64,000 nucleotides of DNA from Candidatus Kaiserbacteria bacterium (GCA_029288865.1 JARIGM010000035.1:26258-90257), one strand, 5' to 3'; shown: positions 10,094 to 19,911, numbered from the stretch's first letter. Notes: generated by a model not told the origin, from the sequence alone. Made by a program: numbers and translations.

Positions 10094-10693
10094 ATGGCAC
10101 AGCAGTCTAAAATCGAAGCGCTTCCTATAGTCCAATCCGGTGACCCCGTCCTCCGCGAGGTCGCATTGCCCGTGCCGCCATCCATGTTCGGAACTCCCGA
10201 ACTCCGCACCATCATCTCCCAGATGGAAGCTTCACTTGATAAGGAACTCGATGGCGTGGCGCTTGCTGCTCCACAGATGGGCATCTCGCTCCGCATCTTT
10301 ATCGTCCGATACGATCGCACCAAACCACCCGAAGAAGATGCGAACGGTCGCACGATTGAGCGGCCGGCTGAAGTCGGCGTTTTCATAAATCCACAGTTCG
10401 TGAACAGTTCTCGCCGACGTCTCGAGATGGACGAAGGCTGTCTCTCAGTGCGCGGCCTGTATGGCACGACGTATCGCCATGAACGCGCCACGGTCCGTGC
10501 TTATGATGTCGAAGGGCGCGTCTTCGAACGCGGCGGCGGCGGACTCATCGCGCAGATATATCAGCACGAGACCGATCATCTCCAAGGCATCCTGTTCATA
10601 GACCACGCAGAAAATATCGTGGAAGTGCGTCGCAAGGAAAATAACCAACTCGAAGAAGTTCCCGTAGAGCTCGTCGAGGAAGACGCTGCTTAA
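10094..10693 (+). CDS. def: peptide deformylase
   Basis: GxGxAAxQ, EGCLS and HExDH motifs are all present. Confidence 0.9.
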   Translation: MAQQSKIEALPIVQSGDPVLREVALPVPPSMFGTPELRTIISQMEASLDKELDGVALAAPQMGISLRIFIVRYDRTKPPEEDANGRTIERPAEVGVFINPQFVNSSRRRLEMDEGCLSVRGLYGTTYRHERATVRAYDVEGRVFERGGGGLIAQIYQHETDHLQGILFIDHAENIVEVRRKENNQLEEVPVELVEEDAA

Positions 10694-10698
10694 ATACC

Positions 10699-11562
10699 AT
10701 GGCTACGCCTATCTCATTCGTTTTCTTCGGCACGCCACGCTTCGCAGCGAAGGCGCTGGATCAGTTCGTAGCAGCAGGGCTTGTGCCCGAGATCATCGTA
10801 ACGGCACCAGACAAGCCAGCGGGCCGAGGCCTCACCCTCACGCCTCCAGCCGTAAAAGAATGGGCCATCGCGCACGACATTCCCTATATCCAACCGGCTT
10901 CGCTCAAGGAAATTCCTTCTGAGCTCACCGCAAAAAAGTTTGACGTATTCGTGGTCGCTGCATACGGCAAGATCCTCCGCTCTGACGTGCTCTCCCTCCC
11001 GACGCACGGCTGCGTGAATCTGCACCCATCATTGCTTCCTCGCTTCCGCGGAGCATCGCCGATCGAGAGCCAGATTCTTGCAGACGAGAAACCGGTCGGT
11101 GTATCGGTCATGCTCATGGACGAAAAGATGGATGAGGGCCCGATACTCGCGCAGATGCCGCTCACGATCGCGAACTGGCCGATCAGCCGCGAGATCCTCA
11201 CCGAACTCCTCGCCATCCAAAACGGTAAGCTCGCAGCCGATGTATTGCCGAAATACCTGAGCGGCGAGATCATGCCTGTACCGCAAGATCACTCCCTTGC
11301 TACCTATACCAAAAAGATCAGCAAAGCGGATGGCGAACTCGATCTCGCCGCGCCTGCATACCAGAACTATCTCAAATACCTTGCCTACGATGGTTGGCCA
11401 GGTACATTCTTTTTTGTACAGAAAAATGGCGCACCAATGCGAGTGAAGATCACACAGGCCACATATGCGAATGACACGTTCGAGATTGAACGTGTCATTC
11501 CAGAAGGAAAACCCGAACAGCTAGCTCGCGAGTTCTTCAAATCCACGGGCCAAGTCCTTTAG
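10699..11562 (+). CDS. fmt: methionyl-tRNA formyltransferase
   Basis: N-terminal formyltransferase domain (FFGTPRFA…; SLLPRFRGASPI) and the def-fmt operon arrangement. Confidence 0.9.
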   Translation: MATPISFVFFGTPRFAAKALDQFVAAGLVPEIIVTAPDKPAGRGLTLTPPAVKEWAIAHDIPYIQPASLKEIPSELTAKKFDVFVVAAYGKILRSDVLSLPTHGCVNLHPSLLPRFRGASPIESQILADEKPVGVSVMLMDEKMDEGPILAQMPLTIANWPISREILTELLAIQNGKLAADVLPKYLSGEIMPVPQDHSLATYTKKISKADGELDLAAPAYQNYLKYLAYDGWPGTFFFVQKNGAPMRVKITQATYANDTFEIERVIPEGKPEQLAREFFKSTGQVL

Positions 11563-11907
11563 CACAGCACCACCTTTCACCATCATGGTGCGGTGATACT
11601 GTTTGGACTTTCTCAGTTCGTTTTCCAGTTCACTTATGGACGCGCCGAGAGCCGTTTCGGGCTTCTCACCGGTCGATGTGGCGTGGAAGCGCTTGCCGTC
11701 ACAGTCGAGGTTGATCTGGACTCGCCAGACATTCCCCTGCTGATGAGCTTCGCTCACCTTCCCCAACTCCACATATACTTTCGCAACGCTCTTCCGATGT
11801 TCAAGATATTTCTTCAGGCTGTTCAGCTTTTTCGTTGCTATTGCGGTGACTTTCGTCGTTACTTCTTGCGCGTCGCTTTTTCGTGATGTCGTAAAATATA
11901 TCTCCAT
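11521..11907 (-). CDS. hpf: ribosome hibernation promoting factor / RaiA family
   Basis: MEIYFTTSRKSDAQEV…VYVELGKVS… follows the HPF/YfiA pattern. Start taken at the second Met. Overlaps the fmt 3' end convergently by about 40 nt. Confidence 0.7.
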   Translation of the reverse strand: MEIYFTTSRKSDAQEVTTKVTAIATKKLNSLKKYLEHRKSVAKVYVELGKVSEAHQQGNVWRVQINLDCDGKRFHATSTGEKPETALGASISELENELRKSKQYHRTMMVKGGAVLKDLARGFEELAS

Positions 11908-11963
11908 ACGAAGCAACAAATATTATGCACGATTTGCACTATGACACATACAAGTTAAAGGAT

Positions 11964-12374
11964 TCATGAAGACGACTTCAGGAACCGTTCACCTTGATAT
12001 CCGGGCTTTTTTACGGGCTTAAGCCATCCTTCTTCCTCCCCTTCTGCACTGCCCACGAGCAGTCGCCGGTACAGGGCTGCTGAGGCTTCATCATAGAGCG
12101 GCGTGTAGTGAACAAAATATCGTTCAGCGCCATCGGCTGCTTTTTCGCGAGTGACCATTTGTATGCGATAAGCGTTATATTGCCCCTTCGCGTTGGGACG
12201 GAAATGGTACACGGTGCCACGCGGCACTGCTGCAAGCAATGTGCGATGCGCTTCTTCAGCATCAGGGCCGCCCGCAAGCGCTACCCGCTCGAGTGCCAGA
12301 TATCCCGCATGGAGCTCAGAAAGCCGAGCGAACTCTTCGTCCGAGCACGATACGATACGCAGGACGGATGGCAT
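11964..12374 (-). CDS. hypothetical protein
   Basis: 136-aa ORF with coding-like composition and no recognisable motifs. Confidence 0.4.
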   Translation of the reverse strand: MPSVLRIVSCSDEEFARLSELHAGYLALERVALAGGPDAEEAHRTLLAAVPRGTVYHFRPNAKGQYNAYRIQMVTREKAADGAERYFVHYTPLYDEASAALYRRLLVGSAEGEEEGWLKPVKKPGYQGERFLKSSS

Positions 12375-12395
12375 AGGTACAGTATACTCCTCGCC

Positions 12396-12875
12396 TTATG
12401 CTTTGCGTACTTTCTGGTATTCGTTCCAAGTAAGCCAGAGCGTTACGAGATCGAAAAGCGTAATGAGGATGGTTGGAATCGCATGCGTGCGATAAATATC
12501 GATACATTGCGTGAGTATGAAGATGCCAACCACGATCATGAGGCCGACATACGCCCACAGCCGGTTCCGGAAGAGTTCCCAGACCAGTACGAGCTGGATG
12601 AGTCCGCGGAATGCGAGATACGCGCCGATGATGAGCTGATTGCTCGCGATAAGCCAGTGCAGGCTTGTGATGAATACTTGCACAAGCGAATCGTCGAGAC
12701 TGCCATCGATATCTAACTGGCTCACAGTAAGGGCAAGGTGGAGAATGAATGCGTTCGGAATAAGTGCAATGAATATGCCAGCCAACACTTCAGCGAACGC
12801 GCCAAGCGCTCGGATGACGAGGCTGATGCGGAAAAGTTCGTATACGGTGCGACTTGTCCCACGGGGTTGTTCCAT
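12396..12875 (-). CDS. hypothetical membrane protein (DUF2127-like, 4 TM)
   Basis: Four hydrophobic helices; start at MEQPRGT. A hairpin terminator lies upstream at 12933-12962. Confidence 0.4.
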   Translation of the reverse strand: MEQPRGTSRTVYELFRISLVIRALGAFAEVLAGIFIALIPNAFILHLALTVSQLDIDGSLDDSLVQVFITSLHWLIASNQLIIGAYLAFRGLIQLVLVWELFRNRLWAYVGLMIVVGIFILTQCIDIYRTHAIPTILITLFDLVTLWLTWNEYQKVRKA

Positions 12876-12975
12876 CGTGGCATTTTCGCACACTTCCGGT
12901 ACTGAGGCGAGGAACTAGACATTAGTTATAAGAAAAGCCCCGGATCGAAATCCAGGGCTTCAGTTGCTGGTCATG

Positions 12976-13224
12976 TTAGAACCCTTCGCGCGTCCACCCT
13001 TCTTTTTCACTAAGAAGGTCGATATCAAGCGCATCGGTATGCACTCCGACCTCGGGAATACTGTCCGGATCGAAGGGATCGAACCCGACCCAATCGATGA
13101 GGTAGTAGTCACCATAGATGAGCAGGTTCTCACCCAGATGAGGTCGCCATTCCCGTTCGACAATTCGCGAGAGAGAACGACCGCCACCATGCTCGATAAC
13201 TGAAACTTTGTACTTAGAAGACAT
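12976..13224 (-). CDS. small hypothetical protein (82 aa) at the 3' end of the VOC-MFS operon
   Basis: ATG at the complement of 13222-13224, preceded by a GGAGG RBS. Protein MSSKYKVSVIEHGGGRS…; followed by a terminator at 12933-12962. Confidence 0.45.
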   Translation of the reverse strand: MSSKYKVSVIEHGGGRSLSRIVEREWRPHLGENLLIYGDYYLIDWVGFDPFDPDSIPEVGVHTDALDIDLLSEKEGWTREGF

Positions 13225-13282
13225 TGAAACCTCCCGTTTGGCTGAAGTGTATAATAGATGAAAATATCTATTTGTCAAATAA

Positions 13283-14716
13283 CTACAAACTCCCGGAGTG
13301 AGCTGTTTCCAAGGACTCGGGCTCCCGAAGACCAGTGGCAGCAAGCAGTACGGCAATTGCAGCAGATAAAGCGGCAACGAGAAAGGCTGCATGGTATCCA
13401 TTCGCGAGTGCGGCGAGATGATCGTGTCCTGTAGTGACCGCTTGCATCGTACGAGAAGCAGCAAGACTCGCGAGGATGGCAAGACCAAGCGCGCCACCCA
13501 TCATGAATGACGTGTTCACGATACCCGATGCTATGCCCGACTCATGCGGAGCGACATCGCTCATCGCAGCGAGCAAGACCGGATTCAACGCGATACCCGC
13601 GCCAATACCCAAGAGGATCATCGCTGGAAGAATATCGAGTATGAAGTGCGCGTCTACCGGTGCTCGCGCGAGCAACAAGAAGCCAAGCGTCGCGAGCGTC
13701 AGCCCGACAGCGAGCGGTCGCTTGATACCGAATCGCGTAACGAGCTTCGCAGAGATGCTAAACGAAAGCACAGCCATGACGAGGTTTGCGGGAAGGAATG
13801 CGAATCCAACCTGGAGCGGACTATACCCAAGGACCAACTGCAGATACAGCGCAGAAAGGAAAAACCATGCAAACATCGCCGCAGCCCAGAGCATGCCAAT
13901 CACATTCGCAGTTGCGAGATTGCGGAGCTTGAAAAGGTCGAGGGGGATGAGCGGCGACGGCACGCGCATCTCGATCGCGAGAAACGCTCCGAGCAATACG
14001 AATGCAGCTGCCAAAAGTCCGAGTGTCTGAAGTGACATCCACCCTGTAGCGTTGCCGTTCACGATCGCATATACCGCGAGCATGAGGGACGACGTGATCG
14101 TCACTGCGCCGAAGATATCAAGATGCACGGTCTCTGGTCGGATATGCGCGGACGGCAAGAGTCGGAGTGCAAGAATGAACACAGCGATCCCGATCGGCAG
14201 ATTCACGAGGAAGATCCAATGCCAGTTTAGAAAACCCGTGAGGAGGCCGCCGAGCAATACGCCAATGCTTCCGCCACCAGCACCTACAAATCCGAAGTAC
14301 CCCATCGCTTTCGCGCGCTCAGCCGGTTCCGTGAACAGATTCATCATGAGTGAGAGCGAGACAGCAGAGACGATTGCCCCGCCGAATCCTTGGACTGCTC
14401 GAGCAGCGATGAGCAAGAATTGCGTCGTCGAGATTCCGCACACGACAGACGCAAGCGTGAAGAGCACCAGCCCGATCAAGAAAAGCCGGCGATGTCCGTA
14501 CAGGTCGCCCAACCTTCCCCCGAGCAACAAAAAGCCGCCGAAGGTGAGCACGTACGCATTCACCACCCATGCGAGGGATGACTCCGAAAAGCCGAGACTC
14601 GTGCGAATCGAGGGCAATGCCACGTTCACGATGGTCGTGTCGAGCACGATCATCAACGTTCCCAAGCAGAGAGTAATGAGGGCGAGCCAGCGCCCTGAGC
14701 GTGTAATGTCTGTCAT
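13283..14716 (-). CDS. MFS transporter, DHA2 (EmrB/QacA) drug:H+ antiporter family, 14 TMS
   Basis: MFS signature motifs (GRLGDLYGHRRLF) and about 14 predicted TM helices. Start at MTDITRSG. Confidence 0.8.
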   Translation of the reverse strand: MTDITRSGRWLALITLCLGTLMIVLDTTIVNVALPSIRTSLGFSESSLAWVVNAYVLTFGGFLLLGGRLGDLYGHRRLFLIGLVLFTLASVVCGISTTQFLLIAARAVQGFGGAIVSAVSLSLMMNLFTEPAERAKAMGYFGFVGAGGGSIGVLLGGLLTGFLNWHWIFLVNLPIGIAVFILALRLLPSAHIRPETVHLDIFGAVTITSSLMLAVYAIVNGNATGWMSLQTLGLLAAAFVLLGAFLAIEMRVPSPLIPLDLFKLRNLATANVIGMLWAAAMFAWFFLSALYLQLVLGYSPLQVGFAFLPANLVMAVLSFSISAKLVTRFGIKRPLAVGLTLATLGFLLLARAPVDAHFILDILPAMILLGIGAGIALNPVLLAAMSDVAPHESGIASGIVNTSFMMGGALGLAILASLAASRTMQAVTTGHDHLAALANGYHAAFLVAALSAAIAVLLAATGLREPESLETAHSGSL

Positions 14717-14724
14717 AGGCAAAT

Positions 14725-15150
14725 TTACGAAGCGGAAAACTCGACCGTCCACTCGATGCCGTATTTGTCGCGGAACATGCCAAAGTATGTGCCCCACGGA
14801 CTGTCGCTCATCGGCATTTCGGTAGAACCTCCCGCCGAGAGGCCATTGAATATACGCTCTGCCTCTTCCCTGCTCTCCGCGGTGACAGCGATCTTGCTGC
14901 GATTCTCGTTCTCGCTCACCGTGCCCATGAACGACGGCACATCGTTCGCCATCAGGACGTTATTCGTGCCGATTGGCAATTCGATAAGCATGATTTTCTT
15001 GCCTTCCGCCTCTGAGACGTGAACTCCAGAACCTGCGAGGTCTTTGAAACGGATTATCTTCGTAAACTCGCCACCGAACACTGACTTATAAAATGTAAAT
15101 GCTTCTTCGGCGTTGCCGTTAAAGTTGATCCAGGGATTTATCGTAGCCAT
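14725..15150 (-). CDS. VOC family protein (PhnB/glyoxalase-like)
   Basis: 141 aa resembling the 3-demethylubiquinone-9 3-methyltransferase-like VOC domain (MATINPWINFNGNAEEAFTFYKSVFGG…). Confidence 0.7.
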   Translation of the reverse strand: MATINPWINFNGNAEEAFTFYKSVFGGEFTKIIRFKDLAGSGVHVSEAEGKKIMLIELPIGTNNVLMANDVPSFMGTVSENENRSKIAVTAESREEAERIFNGLSAGGSTEMPMSDSPWGTYFGMFRDKYGIEWTVEFSAS

Positions 15151-15211
15151 GCCATCACTATATCAGGAACGGCAGGACAATGAGAATCGGAGGTTCCGTA
15201 CACAATAACGC

Positions 15212-15910
15212 TTAGCTGCTCGCGCGTATCGCGTTGAAGGATTGCCATGAGGTGCGAAGAATCACGAGCGTCATGCCGAGGCCGATGAGCGGATCGGCGA
15301 TCGGAAATCCCCACGCGACGAATGCCGCACTCGCGATTACCGATAGGCTCACGAGCCCATCCGCGCGGGCGTGCATGCCATCGGCAGTGAGTGCAGGACT
15401 CCCGAGATGCCTCCCGCCCCGCAAGCGAATGATCGCTGCAATCTCATTTCCCGCGAATCCGATGAGTCCCGCAATGGTCAACCCGACAAGGTTCGTGACT
15501 GGCTGCGGATGCAAAAGGCGAGCCAGCGCTTCAACTCCCACGAGAATTGCGCTCAGGAGGATGATGGCCGTCACGAAATATCCAGATGCCCGTTCTGCCT
15601 TTCGGCTGCGAAGCAGGAATGCAGCACCGAGCGGAATCGCCGTCAACGCATCGCCGAAGTTGTGGATGAGGTCGGCCAGGAGCGAAAGCGAGTTCGTGCT
15701 GAAGAAAACGTATGCCTGCAGCGCTGACGCGACGATGAGGACGGCGAGGCTCCAACTCACGACTGTCACTCCCTCTCGCGAACGCGTGATGCTTTCGTCG
15801 AGAAGCCCGTGGGTGTGACCGTGCGCTTCATGCTCATGGTCGTGCTCATGTCCATGCTCGTCATGATGATGCTCATGGTCGTGGTCTTCGTGCGTGTGGT
15901 GTTCAGACAT
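15212..15910 (-). CDS. cation diffusion facilitator family transporter (His-rich N-terminus, short form)
   Basis: His-rich N-terminal tail (HEDHDHEHHHDEHGHEHDHEHEAHGH) and a CDF TM core with HNFGDALTA and HARADGL motifs. No C-terminal cytoplasmic domain. Confidence 0.7.
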   Translation of the reverse strand: MSEHHTHEDHDHEHHHDEHGHEHDHEHEAHGHTHGLLDESITRSREGVTVVSWSLAVLIVASALQAYVFFSTNSLSLLADLIHNFGDALTAIPLGAAFLLRSRKAERASGYFVTAIILLSAILVGVEALARLLHPQPVTNLVGLTIAGLIGFAGNEIAAIIRLRGGRHLGSPALTADGMHARADGLVSLSVIASAAFVAWGFPIADPLIGLGMTLVILRTSWQSFNAIRASS

Positions 15911-15951
15911 GATGTGATCGGTAATCGGTCTAGTATATCAGGTCGCGCTTC

Positions 15952-16257
15952 CTATTTCATCGTACGTCGGCTCAGCACGAATTTCTGCGACGGGCTCGGC
16001 TTCTTATCCGTCCGGTGCGTACACCCGACCCAACAGCACGGACGGCGGATTCCCTCTTTGAGTTCTGAGACGACTCGGCGCACATGATCCGCCCGCGTGT
16101 CTGCGGTCTTCACGGAGATCGTCCAGCAGATCCATTCGTTCCGCGCGAGCGGCGTGATGTCCTCCCACACCCGTAGCGCTGCCGCATCTGATACGAGAGC
16201 TTTTCGCACGTCGGTCGGCAATGGATGCGCGACCCCGCCCGAGATCTTTGTTGCCAT
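15952..16257 (-). CDS. YdeI/OmpD-associated family protein
   Basis: MATKISGGVAHPLPTDVRKAL…WICWTISVKTADTRADHVRRVVSEL is typical of the COG4430 YdeI family. Start at the internal Met. Confidence 0.55.
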   Translation of the reverse strand: MATKISGGVAHPLPTDVRKALVSDAAALRVWEDITPLARNEWICWTISVKTADTRADHVRRVVSELKEGIRRPCCWVGCTHRTDKKPSPSQKFVLSRRTMK

Positions 16258-16339
16258 GCAACTAGTATACAAATAATTGACACACAAAAGAAAACCGCCC
16301 CTGCGCAGCCGAAGGGACGGTTCTTTTCTTGAAGTGCGG

Positions 16340-16718
16340 TTAATGCGCCAGACCTTGCGTGATGACGGAGTCAGGAATGAGCTGCATCGAAGCACCCGTG
16401 ATCGCCCAGCCCTTGTTCTCTGGATCCTTGCTGAAATCGCTCATGGCAGCATCGCATGCCTGCTTGAGGTTCCCCGCGATTATCCAGCTCGAGGACGATC
16501 CGTAGGTGTGATTGCCAACGATGCCGGGATTCAGAGGAGCTCTCATGAAGACGTAGTAGTAGAGCCACTTCGGATTCGGATGCTTAGAAGTGGGTGCGGG
16601 AATGCCCGACTCAGTATTGTTAATGCAATCGCGCAACCGGGTAACCGGTGCGTTTTGCGCCTGAGCGACGGACGACAACGAAACGACAGCCAGAGCTGCT
16701 AACAGAATCATGCGCATG
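16340..16718 (-). CDS. hypothetical secreted protein (signal peptide)
   Basis: MRMILLAALAVVSLSSVAQA signal peptide and a GAGGG RBS. A probable terminator lies downstream at about 16296-16330. Confidence 0.45.
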
Positions 16719-16898
16719 ATATTTCCCTCTTTTTGAATGCCCAGATATTGGGCGGACAATCCTAAATGGAAAGTACACTATTTTATATAACTTGTCAAAG
16801 CTTCATGGAATATGAAGTGATACTCGAACTCGTACGTAAAACGACAAATAAAAGCGCCCGGAGCTTACATGCTCCGGGCGTACTGTGCAACTACCCTA

Positions 16899-17960
16899 TT
16901 AAGAATCGAGGGTTTGTACCTGCTTATAAATGATGCGCGATATCTCCGCGATATTAGTTTCAAGGCCCTTAATGTCGTCACCAGTCCCCTCAGTCATGAT
17001 ACATAACAAGTAGGGATGCGCTGGATAATACACAATTCCACAGTTGTGTATCTCTTTACCCACTGTCGTATTGTTATTGTCTACCAGCCTGACTTCTCCA
17101 AACTTCTGTGCCACCACCACCCCATTCGGAACACCGCTGTCTATCCCTTCGGTAAAATCACTTTCGGAAAGCAGCTGCAGTGCCCGCTCTGAATCTGATC
17201 GACTTAGATACGTCGCGTTGTACAGAGCACGAAGGAATATAGAGTAATCAGAAACAGTAATAGTATCTTTGTATTGGACTGCGACGCTCGGATCAATGCC
17301 GAGATCGTTGAAGGTCGCAACGTATGCATCAATATTATTTGTATCAGTGAGGTTTTGGGCCAGAAGTTGTACGGCATTGTTGTCAGAAAAACGAATCATA
17401 TGTTCGATTAATTCTTCGACTGTATATTGCTTGCCTGGAACTAGCTGAATGGATGATTTGATCTCCTCAACGCTGTCGGTGTCCATCGTTCCTTTATAGG
17501 TAATCAATCTCGTTAAGATGGCAGGATCGGACTCTGATATTTTGTAATAGGTCATCATCAGCGGCACTTTGTTTAAGCTCGCCGGTGTATACAGCTCTTT
17601 TGGATTGATGACAAATCCGCCGGGTCTATTAATATCTCGGAAATCGACGGATGCTCTCACAAGGCCGTTCTTCTTTTGGCTGTCTATATACGTCTGAACA
17701 GCATCTTTCATACTGCTGTATTGTTGCGCATCGTCAACACCTTTAATTCCAATGAGCGGATCTATGAACTTATAACCCAAATTAGTCTTTGAAAGACTGC
17801 TCTCGCGTAATGCTGTAACTTTTGACAATGCAGCTGGGGTTAGTGCAAAAAAGACGATCATACCCGAGACTAGGGCGCCCACGACAAAAGACCCAAATGC
17901 AACAATAATAAGTTTCTGTTTGCCATTCAATTTGGTGTCCGGCAACGCGACTTTTTTCAT
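16899..17960 (-). CDS. membrane-anchored serine hydrolase, class A beta-lactamase / PBP fold
   Basis: N-terminal TM helix; SxxK (ASLNK), SDN (RFSDNNA) and KTG-like (KFG) motifs in the canonical order. Encoded in an AT-rich stretch; terminator at 16854-16880. Confidence 0.6.
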   Translation of the reverse strand: MKKVALPDTKLNGKQKLIIVAFGSFVVGALVSGMIVFFALTPAALSKVTALRESSLSKTNLGYKFIDPLIGIKGVDDAQQYSSMKDAVQTYIDSQKKNGLVRASVDFRDINRPGGFVINPKELYTPASLNKVPLMMTYYKISESDPAILTRLITYKGTMDTDSVEEIKSSIQLVPGKQYTVEELIEHMIRFSDNNAVQLLAQNLTDTNNIDAYVATFNDLGIDPSVAVQYKDTITVSDYSIFLRALYNATYLSRSDSERALQLLSESDFTEGIDSGVPNGVVVAQKFGEVRLVDNNNTTVGKEIHNCGIVYYPAHPYLLCIMTEGTGDDIKGLETNIAEISRIIYKQVQTLDS

Positions 17961-18071
17961 AATACTGAGAGCTATAGTATAGCATCATGTTTAGATCTCT
18001 TCATGATTCAAATACTCAAGCGTTGTGAGTAAATTACTCTTAGTCGGGCAGCTGAGTGCTACGATTACTGC

Positions 18072-19799
18072 ATGCGCAAGAATATTCTCGGGAAAGGAAC
18101 TTTGGTGATTCTCTTATTAATATCCTATGTTTATAGCGCGCCGCACGCTTTTGCTTTTATTGGTTCCGGAAATTATCTATGGACCAAGCAAACTGCAGCT
18201 GGCGCTCGTACATGGCTCAATATCGTTTCGTCCTCTGACGGCTCCATACTCGCTGCTCCTGACCTGAACGGCTACATCTACGTCTCCACTACTACGGGAG
18301 CTACGTGGACACCCGAGACATCAGCTGGATCGCGTATATGGGCTACGATGGGCATGTCATCGAATGGTGCGGTCATGGTAGATGCCGCACAAGGCTCTGA
18401 CATCTACGTTTCCACAACCACGGGCGCCACTTGGACTGATGAGACAGGTCCGGGAGCCAAGACATGGATCGCTACCGCAGCTTCCTCGAACGGAACCGTT
18501 ATGGCGGCAGCGCCTGACAGCGGGGACATCTACGTCTCTACCACTACTGGCGCGACATGGACCGATGAGACAGGGTCCGGCAGCAGGTCATGGGAGACGG
18601 TCGCGGTTTCAGGAAACGGGTCCGTCATCGTTGGAGCTGTATGGGGTGGCGACCTCTACGTCTCCACAACCACGGGCGCTACATGGACGCATGTGACGTC
18701 GATCCCAGCTCAGGACTGGGTCAATGTCGCTATGTCTTCGGACGGCTCGCACATCGTCGCCGTTTCCTATTCTGATTCTACCTTTACCACTACCAACGGC
18801 ACGGTATGGATTTCGACCGATTCCGGTGCGACGTGGACACAGAATACAAATATTGGATTGAACGGATGGTACGTGGTAGGCGTTACGCCAGACGGGCAGG
18901 AGATTGGCCTCGGAGCAGGCAACGTGTATGGAAATATAAACCCTACCCCGCCGGCACTGGGTCACTTCTATACGTCAATGGATGGTGGCGCTCACTGGAC
19001 AGAGGAAGCACAACTCGGTCAAGATGCGTGGAACGGCGTCGCATTCTCTTCTGATGGCAAACATCTGGCGGTGGTGAGCAGCGATATATGGACTGGTATC
19101 GAGACGTACGGGTCGCTGCCTGGAGTCTTTTCTCCTCCCGTGGCGCCAACGCTTCAGGTGAGCGTGCAGAGCAGCACGTCTGCGAGCGTTCAGCTTTCAT
19201 CGCTGCAAGATAATGGCATATCCACGATCGGTTACGCCTATGCAGCAAGCGGCGTTGCGACTACTACGCGTTCATTCCCTGCCGGCGGACAGACCTCTCT
19301 CAGCGGTCCTATCATCGGACTCTCGTGCGGTACAACTTATTCGATCTGGGGATTTGCCACAAACACTCTCGGTACGACTAATAGCACTACGCAGACATTC
19401 ACTACCCAAGCGTGTGCCGACGGTCAGACGCCACAGAACAATTCCAGTACGGGATTAAATGGAGGAGCTTCGCAGGCGCCGTCGCCAACCATCAAGCTTG
19501 CCACCTCGCATCCTGCGACGGCCGCTGCAACCACTACTCCGGCCGCAACATCGACCCCTGTCTTCCCATCGAATCTCAAGAAGGGTGATAGCGGTGAAAA
19601 AGTCATCGCGCTCCAGGACTTTCTTATTCGGCTCGCAACAGGTCCGGCCGCAGCAGCACTCGCATCATCCGGAGCATCTGGATATTTCGGCACGCTCACC
19701 AAGGCGGCGCTTGTAGAATTACAGAAGACTGCCGGCATCAGCCCCGCTTCCGGATACTTCGGACCGTTCACGAGGTTGTATATACGTTCACACTTTTAG
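18072..19799 (+). CDS. secreted BNR/Asp-box-like repeat beta-propeller protein with C-terminal peptidoglycan-binding domain
   Basis: Signal peptide; at least 4 tandem 43-aa repeats containing YVSTTTGATWT (BNR-like S-x-D/T-x-G-x-T-W) plus divergent copies; Thr/Pro-rich linker; C-terminal PG_binding_1-like segment (LKKGDSGEKVIALQDFL…GYFGTLTKAALVELQ). Confidence 0.65.
   Translation: MRKNILGKGTLVILLLISYVYSAPHAFAFIGSGNYLWTKQTAAGARTWLNIVSSSDGSILAAPDLNGYIYVSTTTGATWTPETSAGSRIWATMGMSSNGAVMVDAAQGSDIYVSTTTGATWTDETGPGAKTWIATAASSNGTVMAAAPDSGDIYVSTTTGATWTDETGSGSRSWETVAVSGNGSVIVGAVWGGDLYVSTTTGATWTHVTSIPAQDWVNVAMSSDGSHIVAVSYSDSTFTTTNGTVWISTDSGATWTQNTNIGLNGWYVVGVTPDGQEIGLGAGNVYGNINPTPPALGHFYTSMDGGAHWTEEAQLGQDAWNGVAFSSDGKHLAVVSSDIWTGIETYGSLPGVFSPPVAPTLQVSVQSSTSASVQLSSLQDNGISTIGYAYAASGVATTTRSFPAGGQTSLSGPIIGLSCGTTYSIWGFATNTLGTTNSTTQTFTTQACADGQTPQNNSSTGLNGGASQAPSPTIKLATSHPATAAATTTPAATSTPVFPSNLKKGDSGEKVIALQDFLIRLATGPAAAALASSGASGYFGTLTKAALVELQKTAGISPASGYFGPFTRLYIRSHF
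18279..19000 (+). repeat. intragenic tandem repeats (about 129 nt / 43 aa, 4 close copies plus 2 divergent copies) encoding BNR-like blades
   Basis: IYVSTTTGATWT(P/D)ET(S/G)… recurs with period 43 aa in the translated ORF. Confidence 0.7.
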
Positions 19800-19870
19800 C
19801 AGGCGAAAACTTATTACTGCCGCATTATCGTAAAGAAAATACTTTTTCAGAGACTCTTCCCTTTTTGAAT

Positions 19871-19898
19871 GCTCCACTGGCTAGAGGAGGTTCGAACG
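19871..19898 (-). repeat. inter-cassette direct repeat copy R1 (distal boundary of cassette array)
   Basis: gctccactggctagaggaggttcgaacg. Nearly identical to copies at 20667-20694 and 21162-21189. Extended identity with R2 continues through tgtatgtaaaaa(a)gaaaa to about 19915, and the left flank ctcttccctttttgaatgctcc matches the half-copy at 21821-21844. Confidence 0.75.
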
Positions 19899-19911
19899 TG
19901 TATGTAAAAAA

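Noticed and set aside
13434-14825. Plus-strand ORFs (13434-14030, 13544-14035, 14052-14825) overlapping the MFS transporter
   Set aside because: They are antisense shadows of the MFS and VOC genes. The MFS gene has clear TM periodicity and signature motifs.
16806-16934. Small plus-strand ORF MEYEVILELVRKTT… in the intergenic region
   Set aside because: It overlaps the intrinsic terminator hairpin of the beta-lactamase-like gene, has no RBS and sits in a low-complexity AT-rich context.
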